NCBI GenBank assembly: GCA_964438735.1
Contig: CAYTLW010000029.1
Location: 1,724-65,723 of the forward strand
Source of the DNA: an uncultured Enterobacteriaceae bacterium
GTDB lineage: Bacteria > Myxococcota_A > UBA9042
Length of the DNA stretch: 64,000 bases
Direction: 5' to 3'
In this document: piece after piece, positions 1 through 9,875 of the stretch
Numbering within the stretch: position 1 is the first letter of the stretch
Layout of the letters: the number at the start of each line of letters is the position of its first letter
Position numbers and translations under genes: made by a program
Notes under the pieces: generated by a model
Told to the model about the DNA's origin: nothing
Seen by the model: the letters and a program-made list of their open reading frames with translations, nothing else
Database searches by the model: none

Positions 1-1463
1 TGATCATCCTGATGATCCTGCCCATCTCGTGGGCCGTGCGGAAGATGCGCACCCTGGAGGCCATGCTCATCGGTATGACCGTGGCCACGGTGGGCGTGCT
101 GGTGGCGGGGCTGACCGACAGCGGCTGGATCCTGCTCCTGGGCATCCTCTTCTTCTCCCTGGGCGAGATGCTCACCGGTCCCAAGAAGAACGAGTACCTG
201 GGCCTGATCGCGCCACCGGGCAAGAAGGCCATGTACCTTGGCTATGTGAACATCCCGGTCGGCGTCGGCGTCGGCATCGGCTCGCTGATCGCCGGGCTGG
301 TCTACGACAACTACGGCGAGAAGGCGACGCTGGCGCTCAAACACCTGGGCGCGCAGCCGCAGTTGGTGGCCCGCGCGACGCAGTCCGTGGACCGAAGTGA
401 CGCCCTGAACAAAGTGCTCGAGCTGGCCGGCATCAAGCGGCCCGACGCCCTGGGCCTGGCCGGCAAGCACCTGGGCAAGAGCGCCGAGCAGACCGCTGAC
501 CACCTGGTGACCGCCCTGCGCAGCGACCGCGGCCAGACCACCAACCTGGCCCTGCAAGAGCTGGCCCTGCACGACGAGTTCAAAGAGCAGGCGACCGCGG
601 CGCTGGGCGGCAAACCCCTGGACGTGGCGTCCATCGGGGCGCGCATCGCCGAGCTGCCCGAAGCCACCGGCGTCAACCGCAGCGAAGCCATCGAGCGGGT
701 GCGCTGGCTGGCCAGCCAGGACGGCGCTGAGAAGCAGACGGGGGCCATCGAGGAGCAGCTCTGGCAGCGCCACGGCCGTCAACCGGCCACCCTGACCAAC
801 CTGGCCATCGAGTTCCTGGCCCAGGCCACGCCGCTGGCCCACGACGCGGCGGCGAAACTGACGTTTGACGATCCGGTATCAGAGCTGCCCAAGAAGGTGG
901 GCATCGGCCGGACCAAGTCCTTCGGTGCCCTCTCCGCGGCGCTCGGCGTCTCCGACGAGGCGCTGGGCAAGGCGATGGAGAAGGACTTCGGCGCGGTCAC
1001 ACCCGCCCACAATCGGCCATTCGCCTACCTGATGGGACTCAAGCACGTGCGCTTCAACGCCGTGGCGCGGGTGAACTGGTCACGCGATGTGGAGTTGCTG
1101 AAGGCGCTGGTGAGCAGCACGCCAAAGGCGGTTGAGGCCGCGAAGCTCCGCGCCGGCGGCGAGGTGGACTGGGTCGACCTGGCCGACGATCGCGACGCGG
1201 TGCAGGCGACCCTGGCGACGGTCGACTGGGCGCTCGCTTCGGGCGCCGCAGGTCGCGTGCTGGGCATGAACCCGTGGGAAGCCCGCTTCGAGGCGGCCTC
1301 AGAACTCAACCGGGCGCGACTGACCGCGACGAAGACGCTCTGGGATGTCTACCTGCCCCAGTACAAGGTGTGGGTGCCCTTCGCCATCATCGGCATCCTG
1401 GCCACCATCGCCCTGGGCATCTTTGGCTGGAAGGCGCGCAACTGGTCGGATATGAACGCTTGA
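1..1463 (+). CDS. 5'-truncated membrane protein: MFS-like C-terminal TM helices, then a roughly 350-aa hydrophilic Ala/Leu-rich domain and a final TM helix
   Basis: ORF 12..1463 stays open in frame to the window edge. Hydrophobic segments (LIGMTVATVGVLVAGL, ILLLGILFFSLGEM, VGVGVGIGSLIAGLVY) resemble the last helices of an MFS transporter; a long helical soluble region and a terminal TM (VWVPFAIIGILATIALGIFGW) follow. Coding codon bias. Confidence 0.5.
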   Translation, partial: IILMILPISWAVRKMRTLEAMLIGMTVATVGVLVAGLTDSGWILLLGILFFSLGEMLTGPKKNEYLGLIAPPGKKAMYLGYVNIPVGVGVGIGSLIAGLVYDNYGEKATLALKHLGAQPQLVARATQSVDRSDALNKVLELAGIKRPDALGLAGKHLGKSAEQTADHLVTALRSDRGQTTNLALQELALHDEFKEQATAALGGKPLDVASIGARIAELPEATGVNRSEAIERVRWLASQDGAEKQTGAIEEQLWQRHGRQPATLTNLAIEFLAQATPLAHDAAAKLTFDDPVSELPKKVGIGRTKSFGALSAALGVSDEALGKAMEKDFGAVTPAHNRPFAYLMGLKHVRFNAVARVNWSRDVELLKALVSSTPKAVEAAKLRAGGEVDWVDLADDRDAVQATLATVDWALASGAAGRVLGMNPWEARFEAASELNRARLTATKTLWDVYLPQYKVWVPFAIIGILATIALGIFGWKARNWSDMNA

Positions 1464-1487
1464 TCGGGCGCGGAACCGGAGTGGGCG

Positions 1488-2426
1488 CTACTTCTTCGGC
1501 GCCTTGGCCGGGCCGCTGGGCACGGTCTTGAGGCCGGCCAGCTCCAACAATTCGCTCAGGTCGGGCAGCAGCAAGAACTCCACCCGCCGGTTCTGGCGCA
1601 TACCCGCGTCCGTGTCGTTGGCCACCACGGGCAGGTACGAGGCGTAGCCGCCGGCGCTGAGCATCTCCGGCTTGACGCCGCCCTGCTTGATCAGGAACTG
1701 GACGACCGAGACCGAACGCTGGGTCGACAACTTCCAGTTGATGTCATCGCCACCTCGCGGGTCGGTATGACCGGCGACCTGGAATCGCCGCCCTTCGAAC
1801 TTGTTGAGAATCTCGCCCAACTCGCGCAAGACCGGCTTGGCCGCATCCTTGAGGGTCGCCTTGCCCGAGTCGAACAGGATGTCGCTCTGCAGCTGGATGA
1901 CCAGGAAGCCATCCTTGACCACGACCTTGAGTTTGCCCGCAGCGACCATGGCTGCCAGGCGCTGACGCACCCGCTCGATGCTGCGCAGCAGGGCGTCCAG
2001 CTGCTTCTGGATGGCCTGCATCCGCGTCGTCAACTTGGCGTTCGTGTCTTTGAGCTGAGCGACCGAGCCCTTGAGGTTGTGGACCTTGTCCTCACACTCC
2101 ACCAGCAACTTGCCGGCCTTGCCGCAGCTCTCGGCGATGCGCTTGAGCTTGCCCTGGCACTCGGCCAGGTCGCCCTTGAGGTCGTCGCGCTCGCGGGCGC
2201 AGGTGGCCAGGGTCTCGGCGGTCTTCTTCTGCTTCGCGGTGGCCGCCTTCAGGTCGACGGCGAGCTTCTTCTTCTGCGCCTCCAACCAGTCCTGCTGCTG
2301 GCGCATGCCCTTCAGGTCGCGGTCGTAGGCGTCCTTGCTGACGGCGATACAACCGGGCAGCCAGGCAGCACAGGACAGGATCACGAATAGACCGATCAGA
2401 CGATTCAGGCAACGGCGCGGCTTCAT
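1488..2426 (-). CDS. OmpA/MotB-family lipoprotein with coiled-coil linker
   Basis: Internal Met MKPRRCLNRLIGLFVILSCAAWLPGC gives a lipobox. The coiled-coil region is rich in K/E/Q. The C-terminus (FDSGKATL...AGHTDPRGGDDINWKLSTQRSVSVVQFL...RRVEF) matches the OmpA_C peptidoglycan-binding motif. Confidence 0.75.
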   Translation of the reverse strand: MKPRRCLNRLIGLFVILSCAAWLPGCIAVSKDAYDRDLKGMRQQQDWLEAQKKKLAVDLKAATAKQKKTAETLATCARERDDLKGDLAECQGKLKRIAESCGKAGKLLVECEDKVHNLKGSVAQLKDTNAKLTTRMQAIQKQLDALLRSIERVRQRLAAMVAAGKLKVVVKDGFLVIQLQSDILFDSGKATLKDAAKPVLRELGEILNKFEGRRFQVAGHTDPRGGDDINWKLSTQRSVSVVQFLIKQGGVKPEMLSAGGYASYLPVVANDTDAGMRQNRRVEFLLLPDLSELLELAGLKTVPSGPAKAPKK

Positions 2427-2533
2427 GTTGTTCTCCAGGCGCGGTGGGAGCAGTCGAATCACGAAACGAGTGGTTGTAGGTGGCATCTCGTAGCCGGACG
2501 CAGGGCAGCGGTATGCTGGCCTTACGCAGTGGG

Positions 2534-2564
2534 GGAGCCAGGAAAATCACACTTTTCCTGGCTG
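2534..2564. terminator. Perfect 11-bp inverted repeat (agccaggaaaa-tcacac-ttttcctggct) just downstream of the minus-strand UbiB-like gene; likely terminator or other RNA hairpin
   Basis: Palindrome seen in the sequence between the stop at 2606 (minus) and the start of the OmpA-like gene. It is AT-richer than its surroundings but has no U-tract. Confidence 0.35.
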
Positions 2565-2605
2565 GGGGCCGAGCCCCGGCCCCCCCAAAGAAACAGCACG
2601 TCGGA

Positions 2606-4309
2606 TCATAGCTCGCGAGAGCGCAAAAGCGAGAACGCGAGCAAGGCGCTGGTCCAGGTGCCATTGACGGCCAATATGAAGGCCCAGAACGTGGTGAAGG
2701 AGAAGAAGCCGGCCTTGGCCGCTTCGGGGACCAGGACCGAGAACAAGCCCCAACTCAGGAACGACGCCGCGGCGACGATCACCCGGTTGATCTGGCGCTC
2801 GGTGCGCACCTGGCGTTCGCCCTGGCCGGTGTCGTTGATGTTGAGCACGATCTCGCCATCACGAACCCGTCTGGCCAACCCGCGCACGTCGTTGGGCAGG
2901 CTGCGGGCCAGTCCCCACCAGTCGTGGGCCACCCGCCAGACTCGGCGCGAGTAGGCGCTCGGATCCAGGGCCCGGCGGGCGTACAGCCGCACCAGGTAGG
3001 GCCGCAACTCCAGCATCGGGTTGAAGTCCGGCTGAATCTGGCGCGCGATGCCTTCCATGGTCGATACGGACTTGCCGACAAGCAGCAGATCCGACGGCAT
3101 GCGCACGTCATAGCGAATGATGGTCTCGAAGACCTCGGTGATGAAGATGCCGATGTCGAGCGCGCCGATCTCCATGCCGTAGTAGCGGGAAAGCAGCTCG
3201 TGAATCTCGGTCCGCAGCGCGCGCACATCGACCGAGTCACCGATCAGCCCCAGGTCCATCAGTTGGGCGACCAGCATCTCCGGATCGGCCAGCAGAATGG
3301 CGGCCAGGAAGGCCAGCATCTCGTCGACCCGCTCGCGATCCAGCGAGCCCATCATGCCGAAGTCGATCAGCGCCAGTCGGCCGTCCGGCAGGACGAAGAA
3401 GTTGCCTGGATGGGGATCGGCGTGGAAGAAGCCGTGCTCGAAGACCGCCGCCATCACCAGCTTGGTGCCCAGCTGGGCGACCTCCTTGCAATCGACGCCC
3501 CAGGCTTCCATCTGGGCCTGGTCTGTGACCTTGCAGCCGTCGATGAACTCCATGGTCAGGGCGCGGCGCGTGGACAGCTCGGGCCAGGTGCGCGGCAGGT
3601 GCAGGTTCGGCTCGGCTTCGAACTGCTTGCGGAAGCGCTCGATATTGGCGCGTTCGTTGTCGAAGTCGGTCTCCTTTTTGATGCTGCGCGAGAACTGCTC
3701 GACCAACGCCACCGGACGGAACTGGCGCGCCTCGGCCACCCGCTCTTCGAGCTGCTCTGCGATGATCATCAGCAGGTCCAAGTCGGTGCGGATCCGCTGA
3801 TCGAGGTTGGGGCGTTGAACTTTGACCACCACCTCGCTGCCATCGTGCAGCCGGGCGCGATGCACCTGGGCGATGGATGCCGCCGCCAGGGGCGTCTCGT
3901 CGAACCAGGCGTAGGCTTCACCCAGGGGCACACCGAGCTCATCCTGGATCAGCCGACGCACGGCCGGGAACTTCACGCCCGGCACATCGTCCTGCAGCTT
4001 GCGCAGTTCGTGAATCAGCGACATGGGGATGATGTCGGGCCGGGTGGCCATCATCTGGCCCAGCTTGACGAAGGTCGGACCCAGCGACTCCAGCGCCATA
4101 CGGACCCGCACCTCCCAGCTCTCCTTGCGCAGGGATTCGTCCGCGCGCAACGCCAGGCCACCGCCGGTGAAAGGCAGCAGGCGGGCCAGTCCGGCGCGCT
4201 GCAGCACGTGGCCGAAACCATGTCGGACCACGACGCCGAGGATGAAGCGCAACCGCTGCACGTTGCGGGCGTATTGGGGCAGTCGCAGCATGCGGGCGAG
4301 CGCGCTCAC
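2606..4309 (-). CDS. ABC1/UbiB-family atypical protein kinase (AarF domain), with C-terminal TM helices
   Basis: The motif HADPHPGNFFVLPDGRLALIDFGMMGSLD and the surrounding ABC1 kinase core are conserved. C-terminal hydrophobic helices are typical of UbiB-like proteins. Confidence 0.85.
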   Translation of the reverse strand: MSALARMLRLPQYARNVQRLRFILGVVVRHGFGHVLQRAGLARLLPFTGGGLALRADESLRKESWEVRVRMALESLGPTFVKLGQMMATRPDIIPMSLIHELRKLQDDVPGVKFPAVRRLIQDELGVPLGEAYAWFDETPLAAASIAQVHRARLHDGSEVVVKVQRPNLDQRIRTDLDLLMIIAEQLEERVAEARQFRPVALVEQFSRSIKKETDFDNERANIERFRKQFEAEPNLHLPRTWPELSTRRALTMEFIDGCKVTDQAQMEAWGVDCKEVAQLGTKLVMAAVFEHGFFHADPHPGNFFVLPDGRLALIDFGMMGSLDRERVDEMLAFLAAILLADPEMLVAQLMDLGLIGDSVDVRALRTEIHELLSRYYGMEIGALDIGIFITEVFETIIRYDVRMPSDLLLVGKSVSTMEGIARQIQPDFNPMLELRPYLVRLYARRALDPSAYSRRVWRVAHDWWGLARSLPNDVRGLARRVRDGEIVLNINDTGQGERQVRTERQINRVIVAAASFLSWGLFSVLVPEAAKAGFFSFTTFWAFILAVNGTWTSALLAFSLLRSREL

Positions 4310-4713
4310 GATGCACCTCCGGGTTCCGTGGGCTCGGGCGGCGATTCCGCAGGCGGGTCTGCCGGCGGGTCGGTCGTCGGCTCGGCGGTCGTGGCGACGC
4401 CATCGAGGGCATCACCGGCGGTGTGCAGGGCCTGAGCGGCGGCGCTCAACGCCACCGATCGGGCGCCCTTGGCCAGACCGGTCAGGCCGGGCAGCAGGTC
4501 GCCGACCGTGGCCATCACCAGGTCGGCATAAGGCGCGCCTTCGTCGCGTACCTTCTCCAGGTGCGCGCGGATCTCTTCGCGAAGGGTGTCGATCTCTTCG
4601 GGCGGCAGCGCGCCGGAGCGCTCGATGCTGCGAAATATCGTGTCGTGTCGGCCCTCGAGCATCCAGCGTGCGATCAGACTGGCGAGGCCGCGTTCGGCGG
4701 CGTGGCGAAACAC
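4306..4713 (-). CDS. Small helical hypothetical protein (phasin-like or UbiJ-like accessory?) translationally coupled to the ABC1 kinase
   Basis: 135-aa ORF whose stop overlaps the ABC1 kinase start (ATGA at 4306-4309). Helical N-terminus with a Pro/Thr/Glu-rich tail. Coding bias present. Confidence 0.5.
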   Translation of the reverse strand: MFRHAAERGLASLIARWMLEGRHDTIFRSIERSGALPPEEIDTLREEIRAHLEKVRDEGAPYADLVMATVGDLLPGLTGLAKGARSVALSAAAQALHTAGDALDGVATTAEPTTDPPADPPAESPPEPTEPGGAS

Positions 4714-4743
4714 CGGATCTCCAGAGTTGCGACGGCTGAACGA

Positions 4744-5277
4744 CTACAAACTGCAGCGCTTGATGCGCCACTTGCCGTCCTTGTCATCATCGATGTAGAC
4801 GGCGCAGGGCGTCGGCATCTCCTTCTTGTAGCTCTCGACGTAGTAGTCGATGCCCTGCACCCGCTGCTCCCTGCCCGTGGACGTCTTGTACAGACGCGAG
4901 CTCATCATCTTCTTGAAGTCCACAATCGTGAAGCAGCCGTCCTCATCCAGGTAGTCCTTGGCCTGCCGGCGCATACGCTTCCAGCCCATGCCGTACCAGC
5001 CGCGCAGCGCGTTGGGCGTCTGCTCCGAGGTATGCAACACCTTCTGGAAGCGATTCCATCCCCGCTCGGCGTTTTTATCGGTGGCCGCGTCCAGGGCCCG
5101 CTTGATCACCCACTCGGCGGACTCGCGTTCGGGCTCGCAGACGGTGATGCCGATCACCTTGACCCGGATCTTGTCGATGGTCTCGCCGACCATCTCGCAA
5201 CCCGGCAAGGCGAGGGCGGCGATCAGGAGCAGGGCGGCCATTGGGAGGGCGGCGCGGCGGCTGTGTGGGGCGATCAT
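4744..5277 (-). CDS. Hypothetical lipoprotein with four conserved cysteines
   Basis: Signal MIAPHSRRAALPMAALLLIAALALPGC with a lipobox. An alternative ATG lies at 5292. The gene looks locally lower in GC than its neighbours (judged by eye). Confidence 0.6.
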   Translation of the reverse strand: MIAPHSRRAALPMAALLLIAALALPGCEMVGETIDKIRVKVIGITVCEPERESAEWVIKRALDAATDKNAERGWNRFQKVLHTSEQTPNALRGWYGMGWKRMRRQAKDYLDEDGCFTIVDFKKMMSSRLYKTSTGREQRVQGIDYYVESYKKEMPTPCAVYIDDDKDGKWRIKRCSL

Positions 5278-5392
5278 GATGGTGGCCTCCATGGTGCGGC
5301 TGGGGTCGCGACCGACTGGCTGCAACAGCGCGGCGATGGTAGCGAGCGCAACGCGCCTTGTCGACGGCAGGGGCCGCCGATATGCTCGCCCG

Positions 5393-5842
5393 ATGAGTAG
5401 CCTTCATCGACTCCGAAAAGAAGACGTCAAGCCCGCGGTCGGGCGTGACATCGACGCCTGGTGTACCCGTTGCAAGGGCGAGTTGGGTCACACCATCTCG
5501 GCCATGGTCGGCGCGGAGGTCGTGCAGGTCCGCTGCAATACCTGCGGCGGCACCCATCGCTATCGCACCGCGGAACCGACGCCGCGCAAGGCCACCTCCA
5601 CCCGGCGCAAGACCCGGGCCAAGGCCAAGCCGTCAGTGGACAAGCTGAAGAAGATCTTTCTGAAGCGCCTGGCCGAAAAAGACACCTCGGCGGCGCAGGA
5701 CTACTCGCCGCGCCTCAACCCGAAGCGCGGCGACGTGCTTCGCCACACCCGCTTCGGCCTCGGGATCGTCGAGCGAGTCGCCGAGGGCAAGGCTGCGGTC
5801 ACCTTCGAGGTCGGCGAGAAGCTGCTCGTCGTCGGTCGCTGA
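5393..5842 (+). CDS. Small zinc-ribbon protein (CxxC...CxxC) with a basic linker and a C-terminal SH3/KOW-like beta domain
   Basis: Internal ATG MSSLHRL. Motifs CTRCKGE...CNTCGG. Its stop lies 2 bp before the ATG of the following TPR gene. The longer tabulated ORF 4958..5842 upstream is antisense to the lipoprotein gene. Confidence 0.6.
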   Translation: MSSLHRLRKEDVKPAVGRDIDAWCTRCKGELGHTISAMVGAEVVQVRCNTCGGTHRYRTAEPTPRKATSTRRKTRAKAKPSVDKLKKIFLKRLAEKDTSAAQDYSPRLNPKRGDVLRHTRFGLGIVERVAEGKAAVTFEVGEKLLVVGR

Positions 5843-5844
5843 AC

Positions 5845-7788
5845 ATGGCGCGGCTCCCGGTCTCCCACCTGCTGCTTGCGGGTCTGCTGTTGTGGGCCGC
5901 TGCGGCCGTCGCTGGAGAGCGACCGCCGGCGCTCCTGGAGCCCTTCGCCGGCTATGACATGGTCTTCGGCCCACGTGGCGAACGCGTCCTCGGACCGGAA
6001 GCTGCGCCCGGCGTGCAGGCCATGCTCGAGGCGGAGAAGCCAACCTTGCCCGAAGGTTGCGAGGTGGGCGACATCGCCATCCAATCACGGGCCATCGCGC
6101 TGTCGGTGGCTTGCACCGGGCAGCGTTTCGAGCTCCGGCTGCCGCTGCGCGAGTCGGCCGCCATCGACCCCCGGGCCATCAGCACCGCACATTTCACCGT
6201 GCCGCCGCCCAAAGTGGCTGGCGGCGACTGCGATCCGACCTGCCAGACGCTGCGTGGTCAGCTGCTGGCCGCGCTGATCGAACGCGTTCGTGCAGGTGAA
6301 GGCGCCATCACCTGGCAGCAGGTCCGACGTCAGGGCGGCGGCGGCGACGGCTGGATGGGCGCCCTGGCCAGCGCTCATGAGGCCCTGGCCACCGGCAATC
6401 GACGGCAGGCGCGCACCGCCCTGCAGCGTGCCGTGCACGCGCAGCCGGTCAAGCGACTGAGCGCGGCCCAGGCGCTGGACCTGGCGCTGCTGGCCGGCGA
6501 GGCGCGCGACGATGTCTTGCGGGAGCGCGCGTTGGGCCGGCTGGAAGCGGCGTTGAGCGTGGACACGAACACCACAGCGGGCCGCGCCGGCCAGGCCATC
6601 GCGCTGCAGATACTGCGCTCGGCTGGCAAGCGGGGCCGCGTCGAGGGCCTGGCATGCGCCATCGATCCGAGCCGCTGTGATGCCCTGCCGGCGGTGCGCG
6701 CGCTTGCCGCCGTAGGACGCTACCGGGACGCCGCCGCGATCCTGGACAGGGGGCCCCTGGCGGCCGAGCGAAACCGCCCGCCCATGGAGATGCTCAAATT
6801 GCGCTTTGGCCTGGCCAGCGCCGCCCGTGACGCCGACGGCGAGTTGGCGGTCGCCCGTCGCGTCATGACCGCCTGGCCCGATTCGCCCGTGGGCGCCGAC
6901 CTGCTCAGCTCCGGCATGTTGCGCGCCGGCCGCTACCGGCAAGCCATCGAGACCCTGCACGAGCTCAGCCGCAAACATCCCGAACGCGACATCGTGCTCG
7001 GGCGGATCGCGGGCATGGTGGCCTTCCTGCGCAACGCGGCCAGCGCCGACGCCGCCCTCAATGCAGACGTGCAGGCCATCGAGGCGCGCATGAAGGCGGC
7101 GGCAAGAGAGCCGACGGATGTGGTGGCGCGCTTTCTGGAAGCGACCCGCAAGTACTACAGCGGCGACTTCGAGGCCTCGCTGCCCGAGTTGAAGGCGCTG
7201 TACGAGACGGATAATCGCGACCCCCGCATACCGCTCTACCTGGCCATGGCCCACTTCTGGCTCGGTCATCAGCAGCGGGCGGAGAAGCTCATCGACGAAG
7301 CGGTACACAGCGGGCCCAGCGACCCGGACGTCTTCTATTGCCGGTCGCAGATCGTGCGCAAACTGGACCTGCCCCAGGCCATCGCCGACCTGGAACGCTA
7401 CGTGGAGATGACCAATCGACCCTGGGCGTTGAATCCGGCGAAGAAGGACGATCGCGTCAAAGCCGAGCTCGACTACATGCGTCGCGGCGTGCTGCCGCCG
7501 GATTGGGATCGTCCGGGACCGGGGCGGGTGCGTTTCGATCCAGCCAACCAGCCCGGCACCCCGGCGTCCGCGGCCGCGCGATCGGGCAACCGGGCCGCCG
7601 TATCGCCCGCAGGCGCGGCCACAGGCGCCGATTCGGTCACCGCAACCGGTGACGCGCCCCAATCCCCAGGCAAGGATGGCGACCGAGAAGGGAGCCAAGA
7701 GGGCCCGGATACCACCCTGCCCATCCTCATCCTGGTCGCCCTGCTGGCGGCCATCGGCGTGCGCCTGTGGAGTCGGGGGCGCGCGTGA
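5845..7788 (+). CDS. Secreted TPR-repeat protein with N-terminal signal peptide and C-terminal TM anchor
   Basis: Start MARLPVSHLLLAGLLLWAAAAVAGE is a signal peptide. TPR-like helical repeats run throughout. The C-terminal TTLPILILVALLAAIGVRLWSRGRA is a hydrophobic anchor. The tabulated ORF 5461.. is an upstream extension with no support. Confidence 0.7.
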   Translation: MARLPVSHLLLAGLLLWAAAAVAGERPPALLEPFAGYDMVFGPRGERVLGPEAAPGVQAMLEAEKPTLPEGCEVGDIAIQSRAIALSVACTGQRFELRLPLRESAAIDPRAISTAHFTVPPPKVAGGDCDPTCQTLRGQLLAALIERVRAGEGAITWQQVRRQGGGGDGWMGALASAHEALATGNRRQARTALQRAVHAQPVKRLSAAQALDLALLAGEARDDVLRERALGRLEAALSVDTNTTAGRAGQAIALQILRSAGKRGRVEGLACAIDPSRCDALPAVRALAAVGRYRDAAAILDRGPLAAERNRPPMEMLKLRFGLASAARDADGELAVARRVMTAWPDSPVGADLLSSGMLRAGRYRQAIETLHELSRKHPERDIVLGRIAGMVAFLRNAASADAALNADVQAIEARMKAAAREPTDVVARFLEATRKYYSGDFEASLPELKALYETDNRDPRIPLYLAMAHFWLGHQQRAEKLIDEAVHSGPSDPDVFYCRSQIVRKLDLPQAIADLERYVEMTNRPWALNPAKKDDRVKAELDYMRRGVLPPDWDRPGPGRVRFDPANQPGTPASAAARSGNRAAVSPAGAATGADSVTATGDAPQSPGKDGDREGSQEGPDTTLPILILVALLAAIGVRLWSRGRA

Positions 7789-7799
7789 AATCGCCAGCG

Positions 7800-9794
7800 A
7801 TGGCGCTGGCGCTCGGCCTCGGTGCCGCCGCCGCGCTGGCCCTGGTATTTGCCCCGGATCGGGCGCCTGAGATTCAACGTGTCACCCTTGACGCGGCGAC
7901 GCTGCGGGCCTGGGTCGGGCCTGATGACGTCATCGAACCGACTGCGGATGGCGCCCGCATCCGGCAGCCGGACGATCCGAAGTGCAGTCTGCTGGTCCTG
8001 CCGGTGGCAGCGGCAGGTGCCACCGATGTCAGCGCGCTGAACGCAACGGTGCGACCCGATGCATCCACGGGGGTCGCGTGCGACCGCTGGCAGGGCGAGG
8101 TGACGGGGCGGGTGCGCGCCGCCGACCGGCAACCGGCTTCGATTCGCCCTGGCGACGACGTGCCCCCCATGGGCGACCTGGACCGCCTGACGCTGGCCCT
8201 GGCCGCGGCGCTCATCGGCGCCCTGCTGGTGCTCACGGGCCTGGGTCTGATGCGATTGCCCACCGCCGCGCGCCGGCAGGCGATGTGGATCTTCGTCATT
8301 GCGGCCAGCCTGCGCCTGCTCTTCCCGGACCGGCTGGCCATGGTCTATTTCGGCTACGAGCTGCTCGGCCACGCCGCACACCTGGACGCCCTGCCCCGCT
8401 ATGGCCCTGGCAGCACGGCCTTGTGGTCGATGTTACTCGGCTCGCTGACCGACGATCACGGTGTGGTATTGCGCCTGCACGACCTGCTCGGCGCTGCAAC
8501 GGTGGCAATCTGGGCGATGGTCGCCACGCGAATCAGCGGCCAACGGGCGACGGGCTGGTGGGTCGGCGCTGTCCTGGCGTTCAGTCCCCTGTTTCTTCGC
8601 GATCACGGCAGCGAGAGCGTGCATGTGGGCGCCATGTGGGCGGTGTCGCTGGCCTGCTACGCGGCGGTCGGGCGCGGGGCGGTATCCGCCGGTGGGCTGG
8701 CGGTGATCACCGCTGGCTGCGTGCTGGCCGGCCTTTTCCGCGCCGACGTGGCCCCGCTGACGTTGTTCACCGTGCTGGGTTTCCGCTGGCTGGCTGGCGG
8801 TCGACTGCGCGACCTGGTGGCTCCGCCGCGCACCGCGCGCCTGCTGATCGTGGTCTGCGGCGTCGCCGGCATGGTCGCGATCGCCCTGCTGCTGGGGGAG
8901 CGTGTGGCGCGCGACCTGGAGCGGGCCAACCTGCCGCAATTGACCAGTTACCCGGCCGACCTGCCGCGACGACTGCTGCTGGACAATGTGCTGCTGCGCG
9001 CAGAGCTCTTTCCCCTGGCCGCCTGGGCCGTCGTGCTCGCCTGGATCGCTCGGGGTCGGGCTGTCGCGGGGGCCCACCATCGCTGGCTGTTGCTGCCCGC
9101 GCTGGCCATCATCTGGCTGTTGCCCTACTACGCCGACTTCAACGAGACCTCCATGCTGCGCCTGCAGGTGCCGGCGGCGACCCTCTTCGCCATGGGCGCC
9201 GCCGCGCTGGCCTGCCAGCTCGCCACCGACCACGAACGCCCGCTGGCCGCCACGCTGACCTGGGCGATCCTGTGGCTGCTCAGCGCGGGCTGGACGCTCC
9301 CTGCCACCCTGCAAACGAGCAACGCCCACGCCGAGGATCGGCTGCTGGCCGAGGCGCTCGATTCGCTGCCGGGAGACGAGCCCTTCTGGCTGGTGACGCG
9401 CAGCTACGCCGACGGCGCCACTCGCGATCTGCACCTGCACCTGCCCACCTGGCGTTTTCACCCGCCGTGGCGCAATGGTCGGGTCGTCTCCATCCGGGAT
9501 TGGCAGAACGCACAAGAGGTCGGTCTACCGCCGGAGGTGGCCGTCTACTACCTGCAGGGGTATCGATGCTGGATGCACCGCCACGATCGCCGTTCGCCAT
9601 CCCGCCTTCACGATGCGTGTCTGGATCTGCGCAGCCGGAATGACGCCACGCCGGTATTCCGCCGCGAAGCGCCCAACCTGGGCGATTCCGTCACGTTCGA
9701 CCTCTACGGCGCGAGCGATACGCTGGAGGTCGGCCTGTGGCTGTTGACCCAGAGCACGCGCGCGCCCGGATCGTCTGCTGGCGCATCTTTGTGA
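7800..9794 (+). CDS. Polytopic membrane protein (about 10 TM), possible GT-C-fold glycosyltransferase-like
   Basis: ATG lies 12 bp after the previous stop. There is a signal-like N-terminus, many hydrophobic helices and a soluble C-terminal domain. No diagnostic motif was recognised. Confidence 0.5.
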   Translation: MALALGLGAAAALALVFAPDRAPEIQRVTLDAATLRAWVGPDDVIEPTADGARIRQPDDPKCSLLVLPVAAAGATDVSALNATVRPDASTGVACDRWQGEVTGRVRAADRQPASIRPGDDVPPMGDLDRLTLALAAALIGALLVLTGLGLMRLPTAARRQAMWIFVIAASLRLLFPDRLAMVYFGYELLGHAAHLDALPRYGPGSTALWSMLLGSLTDDHGVVLRLHDLLGAATVAIWAMVATRISGQRATGWWVGAVLAFSPLFLRDHGSESVHVGAMWAVSLACYAAVGRGAVSAGGLAVITAGCVLAGLFRADVAPLTLFTVLGFRWLAGGRLRDLVAPPRTARLLIVVCGVAGMVAIALLLGERVARDLERANLPQLTSYPADLPRRLLLDNVLLRAELFPLAAWAVVLAWIARGRAVAGAHHRWLLLPALAIIWLLPYYADFNETSMLRLQVPAATLFAMGAAALACQLATDHERPLAATLTWAILWLLSAGWTLPATLQTSNAHAEDRLLAEALDSLPGDEPFWLVTRSYADGATRDLHLHLPTWRFHPPWRNGRVVSIRDWQNAQEVGLPPEVAVYYLQGYRCWMHRHDRRSPSRLHDACLDLRSRNDATPVFRREAPNLGDSVTFDLYGASDTLEVGLWLLTQSTRAPGSSAGASL

Positions 9795-9875
9795 CCGGAT
9801 TATCCCGTGCTACCATGCATATCGGCGTCGTGCTCGGCGCCCGGTGACGCCCATCCCTCCGATTCGGCTGCTTCG

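Noticed and set aside
5461-5844. Upstream extension of the TPR gene (tabulated ORF 5461..7788), and similar N-terminal extensions of secA (24350), the HD gene (49332) and the IPT protein gene (13624)
   Set aside because: The extensions overlap neighbouring genes or run antisense to them. Internal ATGs with signal peptides or conserved N-termini ([33 protein letters not shown]) mark the true starts.
6085-7698. 537-aa minus-strand ORF antisense to the TPR protein gene
   Set aside because: Low-complexity Gly/Arg/Ala-rich translation with no recognisable domain. Explained by the high-GC third codon position of the real plus-strand gene.
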